Of a DNA stretch of 64,000 nt, positions 17,401 through 26,400 are shown in pieces; position 1 is the first letter of the stretch; every line of letters starts with the position of its first letter. The notes under the pieces are model-generated. The model had not been told where the DNA came from. It saw nothing but the letters and a program-made list of their open reading frames with translations, and did not search any database. Both the position numbers and the translations under genes were made by a program. The DNA is taken from positions 248,001 through 312,000 of the IMG/VR virus record IMGVR_UViG_3300049215_000771; one strand, 5' to 3'.

Positions 17401-20400
17401 TCGCCGGCAGCATCAAGGCTTTGGACCCAACCATGAAGGAAATGGCTGGCAAAGTTGCTGCATTGGAACCAGTCGTCAAAGCTATTGATCCTTCTTTGAA
17501 GGCAATTGCTTCGGCTTTGGCCCCGCTTGCCGACATCAAAACACTTCTCGATGCCATCAAGCAATGTGTGTGTCAGCCAAAAACCGAACAAGCTACCCAG
17601 GCTGCACAACCAGAAGCCAAGAAAACAACAACCACGCCAGCGGCAACAGCACAGGCAACGGCTACGGCTGCTGCGACTGCTCCTGCGAAGAAGATTGAGG
17701 GGTTGGAAGACCCAGCGGTTGTCAAGGCCAAGCTGAAACAGATCAACAACGACAGCAAGCTCACGACTGTCGAGAAGAAGATGCAGACGAAGGAACTCGT
17801 CATGCAGCGCAAAGAAATCATCATGCAGAAGAAGGCGATTCCTTTGCAAAAGCGTGAGATTGCAACAGAAAAAGCACGGGAGGGTTTGGTCAAGGGCCAG
17901 AAGAAGGAAATGGCTAAGGCCGAGCCAGCAGAACCACCACCAACTGCACCTTCTGGTGGGTGGGACTTGGAATCCCTGAAGAAGTCTGGACCGGAGATGG
18001 CTAAGACAGCCGCCGCCATTTTGATTATGGCCGTGGGTGTTGTAGCCCTTGGTGCGGCTATTGTCTTCCTGTCGCACAAGGTCATCAAAGCCTTCAACCT
18101 TGACATGAAAACTGTGCTGGAGACTGCGGGCATAGTTGCAGCTTTGGCAGGAGCCGGCGCAGCCATCGCCGTCGCAGCTTATGGTGTCATCGAGGCATTG
18201 GAAAGCAAAGAAGTCCAAGACTTTGTTGGCAAGGCGAAGAAGGGTTGGAAAGACCTGGCTAAAACCGCCGCTGCCATCCTCATCATCGGACCAGCCGTTG
18301 TGCTACTTGGTGCTGCCGTTGTTGGAGCTACTGCCGCCATCCTGAAGGCTTTCAACCTGAATCTTACCACCGTAATTGAAACGGCGGCGGTTGTAACTGC
18401 TGTTGCTGGCGCTGCTACTGCTATTATTGTGGCCGCAAGTAAGGCATTGGAGTGCATGGAAGAAATGAACTCCCTGCCGGGTGCGAAGAAACTGATGCAG
18501 AATCCTGTCAAGATGGCATGGACGATGGCGAAGGCTGGCCTGGCGATGCTTATCCTAGCCCCGGCCATTGTATTCCTGGGTGCTGCTGTCATCAAGATGG
18601 CTCAGTGGATATTGGGAATCTTCAACCTCGATGCTAGGACGGCGATGGAAGTTGGGGCCACAGTCGCCGCCGTCATCCTGTCTGCCGGTCTAATTGCTGG
18701 TGCCATCATTGGTGCCATGTTCGGGTTGTATGGCCTGGGCTTGCTGGTTGACTGGATGTACTCCGATCCGACTTTCATTCCGCATATCACCCAGGGCGCA
18801 ATCGCCTTGTTGATTCTGGCCCCGCTCGTTTTGCTACTGGCAGCCGCCGTCACCAAGTTCGCTCAGTGGATTCTTGGAGCCTTCAAACTATCTGCCAAGG
18901 ACGCCCTTGACACCGGCATGACTGTAGCCGCCGTCATAGTCGGGGCCGGTTTGATTGCCGGTGCCATCATTGGTGCGATGTACGGATTGTACGGCCTGGG
19001 CTTGCTGGCGAAATACGCCATGAAGTACGCCTGGACGATAGCGATGGGCGCTTTGGCTTTGCTCATCTTGACGCCAGTGATGATTAAATTGGCCTTGGTA
19101 ATCATCGACATGGCGAACTCCCTGATCGACCTGTCGCCGAAGGATGTTGAAAACATTGTCAACAAGGTCACAGCTTTGTTTGAAGGAGCCGGCAAGATAG
19201 CCTTGGCTGTATTGTTGGCATCCGGTGCCCTGGCCTTGCTCGGCATGGCTGTAGCATCTGGCTATATTCTTTATGCCGCCCTCATGATGGGTCTTGGCGC
19301 TTTGGCATTGCTGGTTTTGACTCCTGCCATGATAAAGATGGCGCTCGCCATCCTCAACATGGGCAAGGAGCTAACCGAAAGTATCTCCCTAGAAGAAGCC
19401 AAGAAGATCGCCGAAGGTGTGAAGACAATCTTCACTGCCGCTGGTGATGTTGCAGGTGCCGTGGTAGACATGAGCGGTTATCTGTTGAAGATGGGTTTCC
19501 TGTCCTTCTTGAATTTGTTTGGATTTGTTACAGGTTTGTTGAACAAGGGCGCAGCGTTCTTCTTCGAGATTGCGAAGCCAATCGGCAACTTCGTGATGGG
19601 GTTGATGGCAATGGGCAAGGCCATGACTCAAACGATGCCGATGGATCAGGCAAAGAAAACAGCCGAGGGCGTCAAAACGATCTTCGAGTCTGCTGGTGTC
19701 ATTTCCGACAATGTTCAGTCCTCCGTGTGGTCGTTGATTAAGATGGGATTCCTTAGCATCCTCAACAGGGGTGGTTGGATTACCAGCTTGATGGATGCCG
19801 GCGCAGGCTTCTTCATGGATTTGGCTAAACCAGTTGCCAAGTTCACCTTGTCGATTTTGGCGTTGGGCAAGGCTATGTCGCAAGCTATCGACCCGGCCAA
19901 GGCACGAGAAATTGCCAAGGGCGTGAAGGACATTTTCGATGCAGCGGCAGCCGTCAACCAGTCGCTAACCAGCCAGATGAGTACCCTCATCAAGCTGGGA
20001 ATGCTTTCCTGGTTCTCGTTCCTGATTCCTGACCTGGACAAAGCAACCGAATTCTTCATGTCGCTGGCGAAGCCGGCTATGAAGTTCACCCTCATTCTGA
20101 TTGCCCTGGGCCGTGCCCTTGTTGCTGCTGCTGGTGGTCCGAAGAAGATTAAGCCGTTGATTGAAGGAATCAAGGGTATTGGCGAGATCATTGAGGCAGT
20201 CAGCAAGATCATGGACATTCTCATCAAGAAGATCGTGCCGATGACTCAGGCGAAATGGTTCGGCTTGTTCGGCTCGTCTCAGCTTGAAGATTTGGCTGAC
20301 GCTGTGCCGAAGTTCCGGGCGTCGTTCGAGTCAATCACGACCTTCATCAGAGATGGCATCATTATGCCGATCAGGAGAACTTTCAGGAACACGGCGCAGA

Positions 20401-23400
20401 TTCAGAAAACCCTCGCCATCGCCAAGGGTCTGGCCGACGCTATGCAGGCGGCAGCCAAGATCATGGATACAGTCATCAAGTCCGTCCTGCCGTTGACTCG
20501 TCCGTGGTTCCTGGGTTGGTGGGGTAACAGTCGCCTCGACGATCTGGCAGATGCGATTCCGAAGTTCCAGAAGTCGTTCGAGAAGATTGTTGATTTCATC
20601 AAGAACGCAATCATTGAACCGATCAGGAGTGCTTTCCGAAACACCAAGAAGATCGCAGCGGTCATTGGTGTTGCCAAGGCGATTGCGCAAGCAATGCAAG
20701 CCGTTCTGCCGATGGTCAACAGCGTCCAGAAAGCGGTTTCGGACTTGACGCAGGCCAGGGGCTTCTTCAGCTTCATTGGCATTGGCGACTCCAAGATGGA
20801 ACAGCTTGAGAAAGCAATACCAGGATTCCAGGGAACCTTCCAGAAGATTGTCGATTTCGTCAAGAATGGCATCATCGAACCAATCCGCCGTGCATTCCCG
20901 CACCTGAAGAAAGTGCAGCCGATCATTGCCATCGCCAAGGGCATTGGCGATACGGTGCTTTCTATCGTCAACATGGTTGACACAGTTGCGAACAAGTTAG
21001 TGCCAATGACAGAACGTGGTGGTATTTGGGCCAGCATGTTCGGTGACGCCCGCTCGCAAATGGAGAAGATCGACGCCTTGCTCACAGGAAGTTTCCAGAA
21101 AATCTTCTCCAGCATGGTGAACTTCTTGAAGAACGGCCTTATTGGACCAATCACCAGTGCGTTCCCGAACCTGCAACAAGTCAACACGATTCTTCCAGTT
21201 GTCAACGGAGTCGGCAATGCCGTCACTGCCATTGCAAACATGGTGGACGCCCTAATCAACAAGTTGATGCCGCTGGCTGAGAAGCCTGGTTTTTGGGGAA
21301 GGATATTCGGCGAAACAAAATCCAAGTTCGAGCAGTTGGAAGAAGTCATCCCGACCATCGGGGCGATGTGGAGCAGTATTGTTTACTTCGTCCGTGACGG
21401 ATTGATTGGTCCAGTTGTGCGTGCTTTCCCATGCCTGAAAGAAGCCGAATCGCAAATCAAAACTGTTGAATTGGTTGGCAAGTCCATAAAAACAGTTGCC
21501 GATGTCATGGAAACAGTAAAGGAGATACAGCAAAACATCGACCCGCTGGCCGGTATAAGGTCTATCTTTGGCGACATCTTCCCCAAGGTGAACCCGCTGG
21601 AGAAAGCGATCCCGATGATCCAGGCTACCTTCATCGCCATCACCAAGTTCGTGAAGGAAGGTATTATCGAGCCAGTTCAGTCAATGGATGCCAATGGCTT
21701 GAAACAGTCCGTCACAAAACTGGAACAAATGAACAAGGCGTTCCAACTCATGCAAGACCTGGTGGATAGTCTCCAGGGCATGATGGGCATGACAGAAGGG
21801 GGCACCGTAAGCAAAACCACCGGCCCTTGGTACTGGCGGACCACGGTTGTCGAGAAGGTTGATCCAATGACGGACAAGCTGCAAGCCGCCATCAAGCCGA
21901 TTTCCGATACCTTCAAGAAGATCACTCAGTTTGTGCAAGATGGCATCGTGGTCCCTGTTTCCAAACTTGATGCTGGCGACCTGAAGAAAACCGTCAAGAT
22001 TTTGATGTGGATGGCATTGGCGCTAGAGAAAGTTCCAGAAGTAATGGAGAACCTGGGCGACGTTCTGAAGATGTTGAGTCCTGATGGCAACGCACTGCAA
22101 AGCCACCTTGCAACTCAAATGATTAACGAAATGCAGGGTCGCTGGAAGGGTTGGTACAAGTGGGTCTTCACGGGTATGGCAACATTCATCAAGGACGGCA
22201 TCATGGACCCGATCTTGAAGAATCTTACCGATGTGAAGAAAGTCAAAACCGTCGCCAAGATTATCATGGCAGCGGCTATAATGCTCGACAAACTTCCAGA
22301 CATGATGGAGAACTTGGGAGATGCGCTCAGGCTGTTGAGTCCTGATGGTAACGCACTACAAAGCCACCTTGCAACTCAAATGATTAACGAGATGCAGGGT
22401 CGCTGGAAGGGTTGGTACAAGTGGGTCTTCACGGGCATGGCAACATTCATCAGGGAAGGCATCATAGACCCAATCTCCAAGGAACTCACGGACGTTAAGA
22501 AGGTCAAAACCGTCGCCAAGATCGTTGTCGCCGCCGCAATGATGCTTGAAAAACTTCCAACGATGATGGAAGGACTTGGCAACGCTCTCAGGCTGTTGAG
22601 TCCTGATGGCAACGTACTGCAAAGCGCTCTCGCAACACAGATCATTAACGAGATGCAGGGTCGATGGAAGGGCTGGTACAAGTGGGTCTTCACTGGCATG
22701 GCAGCATTCATCAGGGAAGGCATCATGGACCCAATCTCGAAGAACCTTACCGAAGTGGATAAAGTCCAAACCGTAGCTAAGATTCTGGTCGCTGCCGCCA
22801 CCATGATGACCAAGCTCCCGCCTGTCATGCAGAACCTTGGTGATGCACTCAGGCTGTTGAGTCCTGATGGTAATGTACTCCAGACCGCCCTCGTGTCGCA
22901 GATTCAAGGAGAAATGAACGGACGCTGGAAAGGCTGGTACGCCAAGACCTTCACCGACATCGCCAAGTTCATCAGGGAAGGCATCGTCAACCCGGTGTTG
23001 GGAGAACTCTACGACGCCAAGACAATCATGACCGCCGCCAAGATTCTGGTCGCTGCGGCGCAGATATTGACCGTTCTGCCAGTAGTCATGCAGAAACTCG
23101 GCGATGCACTCAGGTTGTTGAGTCCTGACGGAAACGTACTGCAAAGCGCTTTGACAACGCAAATGCAGAACGAAATGGCCGGACGTTGGAAGGGCTGGTA
23201 CGAGAAGACCTTCAGATCAATCGCCATTTTCATGCGGGAAGGTATCGTCAACCCAATACTGCAAGAACTGCCGAATGTCAAGGACATTGTGATGGCAGCC
23301 CGCTTGATGCGTGCGATGTCGGTTATCCTCACGTCACTACCGAGGGTTATCACTGCCTTGGCAAGTGCTATGGGCCTGATGTCCAACCCGGATTCGCTGC

Positions 23401-26400
23401 GTGATGCTCCGGGCGAAAAAATCATGGAACACAAAGAAGAGTTCAGGGTGTGGTTCAAAAACATCGCCATCTTCATGCGTGACGCCATTGTGAACCCAAT
23501 CTTGGACGAACTGCCGGATGTCAAGTCGGTATTGATGGCTGCTCGTTTGATGCGTGCCATGAGTGTTGTGATCTCGTCGATCCCTCGTGTCATCCTGGGT
23601 ATGGCCAATGGCCTGATGCCGTTGGTTGATAGTGGTATGACCTTGAGAGACACGCCTGCTGACAAGATCAACGACAGCAAGGATGAGTTCAAAGAATGGT
23701 TCCGCCAGGTTGCCATTTTCATGCGTGATGGCATTGTGGCTCCAATCTTGGAAGAACTGCCGGATGTTAAAAGCATCTTGATGGCGGCTAGGATTCTGCG
23801 TGCCATGAGCATCGTCGTCAGTGGCGTTGCTGCAATCATCAAGAATATCTCCAAGGTATTTGGAACCCTGAAGCCAAGCGAGTGCATCAATGACTCCCCT
23901 ATGAGCATGATAGCCGCAGCCGCACCGATCTTCGCTGATTGGTTCATGACTTTGACCGACTTCTTGGTTGGCGGAATCATTGATCCGATTTTGCTCTACT
24001 TCCCAAACAAGGAAGAAGTAGCTGTCGTTGTGGATGCGTTGCGACAGATGATTAACGTCATTCGGTTGCTGCCTGCATTCCTTAACGAACTGTCGGCTGA
24101 AATTGCACCAATGATTGACGGAAGCTGGATGCGGGCCTCACCGATCTCCCGAATTGCATCAGGAGTCATCATCTTTGGCGCTTGGTTCGGTGCGCTCGCC
24201 AATGCCCTGATTGTGGGAATCATCAACCCGATCAAGAATGAGTTCCCGAAGCCTGAAGAAATTGGGCAGATGTTTAACTCCATGCAGACCATGAATGGCT
24301 TGCTGGCAAGTATGCCGGAATTCCTGGAAGACCTGGGCGACCAGATGTCGAAGATTTACGACTCCCCAATATGGGATGAAGGCATGAAGATGCAGGTCAC
24401 TGTTTTCTCAGCCTACTTCAAACACATCTCAGATGCGTTGGTGAAGGGTATCGTAACTCCGGTCGAGGCGTGGCCGAAGAGCGCTATGCTCCAGGAAATG
24501 GTTGCCCGACTGCGTGCAATGTCTGATGCTGTGAAAGCTGTCGCTGAAGTCCTCGAAACCTTCTCCAACAAGTTGGGACCGTTGGTTAATGGATATTGGT
24601 GGTACAGCCCGGAATTGTCAGACCTGAGCCGTAGGGTTGGAAGATTCTCCACCTACTTCACAGGCATTGCTCTATCTTTGCGTGATGGTATCATCAAGCC
24701 GATCCAAGATAACTTCCCAGCAGCGACCGAGTTGCAGGAAATTGTAACAAGGGTAACTGCCCTGAACGATGTCATCCACAACCTCAGCGGTGCTATGACG
24801 GAATTGGCGGCAACAATCGCAGAATTGAATGCCATCAATATGCCAGACCTGGACCCGGAAGTGCTGGGAAGAATTGCTGGTATATTGAACAGACTTGCCC
24901 TCCCGCCAGCAATGGCTCCAGTACAAACTGTTTCGTTCTCGAACCCTGAAGTTTCTTTTGATCCGAACCAGTTCGCACCACCTGAAATTCAACTGGCAGC
25001 ACCAGAAGTTCAGCCTGCATCCTTCCAGATGCCGGATGCACAAGTATTAACACCACCTGCTGCACCACAAGTACAAATGCCAACGCCACAAGCGTTGACG
25101 CCCCCGGCTGCACCACAGTTGCAAATGCCGATGCCACAAGTTCAGCCTGCATCCTTCCAGGTGCCGGGAAGTTCCTTCCAGATGCCAGCACCACAGGTGT
25201 TGACACCACCTGCTGCACCACAAGTACAGATGCCAGCACCACAGGTGTTGACACCACCTGCTGCACCACAAGTACAGATGCCAGCACCGCAGGCACAAAT
25301 ACCGGCTGCACCACAGTTGCAAATGCCAACGCCGCAGGTTCGGCCAGCATCTTTCCAGATGCCAGCACCACAAGCATTGACACCACCCGCAGCCCCACAG
25401 TTGCAAATGCCAACGCCGCAGGTTCGGCCAGCATCTTTCCAGATGCCAGCACCACAAGCATTGACACCACCCGCAGCCCCACAGTTGCAAATGCCGACTC
25501 CACAGGTGCGGCCAGCAGCACCACTACAGTTGCCGAGGCCACAAGCCCAGCAGCCGCAGATGCCGCAGCAAGTGCAGAACTTGCAGATTCCGCAGGTACA
25601 ACAGGTAACAATGCCACAAGTGCAGCAGTTGCAGATTCCGCAGCTTCAAAACTTGCAGATTCCGCAAGTACAACAGTTGCAGATTCCACAGGCACAACAA
25701 GTGCAAGTTCCTCCTGTCCCAGCAATACCTTCACCGGCGCAGTTGCAACAAGCTGGAGCCACGGTTCGTCCGCCAACCATCACCCAGGCAAACATCGGAG
25801 CAAATGCTGGTGCGGCTGGCGCTGGTGCGCTGGGCGGAACTCCGACACCAACACCGGCAGCCCCAGCAACGCCGGCAACCCCAACACCACCGACACCAAG
25901 GGCACCAGCACAAGGAAGACCAGCAACAGGAAGACCAGCAACAGGAAGACCAGCAGCGATGCCGGGTATGCCAATGCCTCCTGCGCCTGCTGCCCCTGCG
26001 ACCCCAGCCCCGACAGGCAACTGGTTCTCTCGCTTGATGCCAAGTTGGATGGGTGGAACGCCGACGCCAGCACCAGCAGCAACGCCGGCAACCCCAACAC
26101 CACCGACACCAAGGGCACCAACTCCAGGAAGACCAGCACAAGGAAGGCCGGCAACAGGAAGACCAGCAACACCAGCAGCGATGCCGGGTATGCCAATGCC
26201 TCCTGCGCCTGCTGCCCCAGCAACCCCAGCCCCAACAGGCAACTGGTTCTCTCGTATGTTGCCTAGTTGGATGGGTGGAACGCCAACACCTACAACGCCA
26301 GCAGCGATGCCGGCAACACCAAGACCGCCTGTAAGACCGCCTGTAACAAGGCCGGCTCCCGTACAAGGTACGGCCACACTACAACAAGGACAGATCACCG

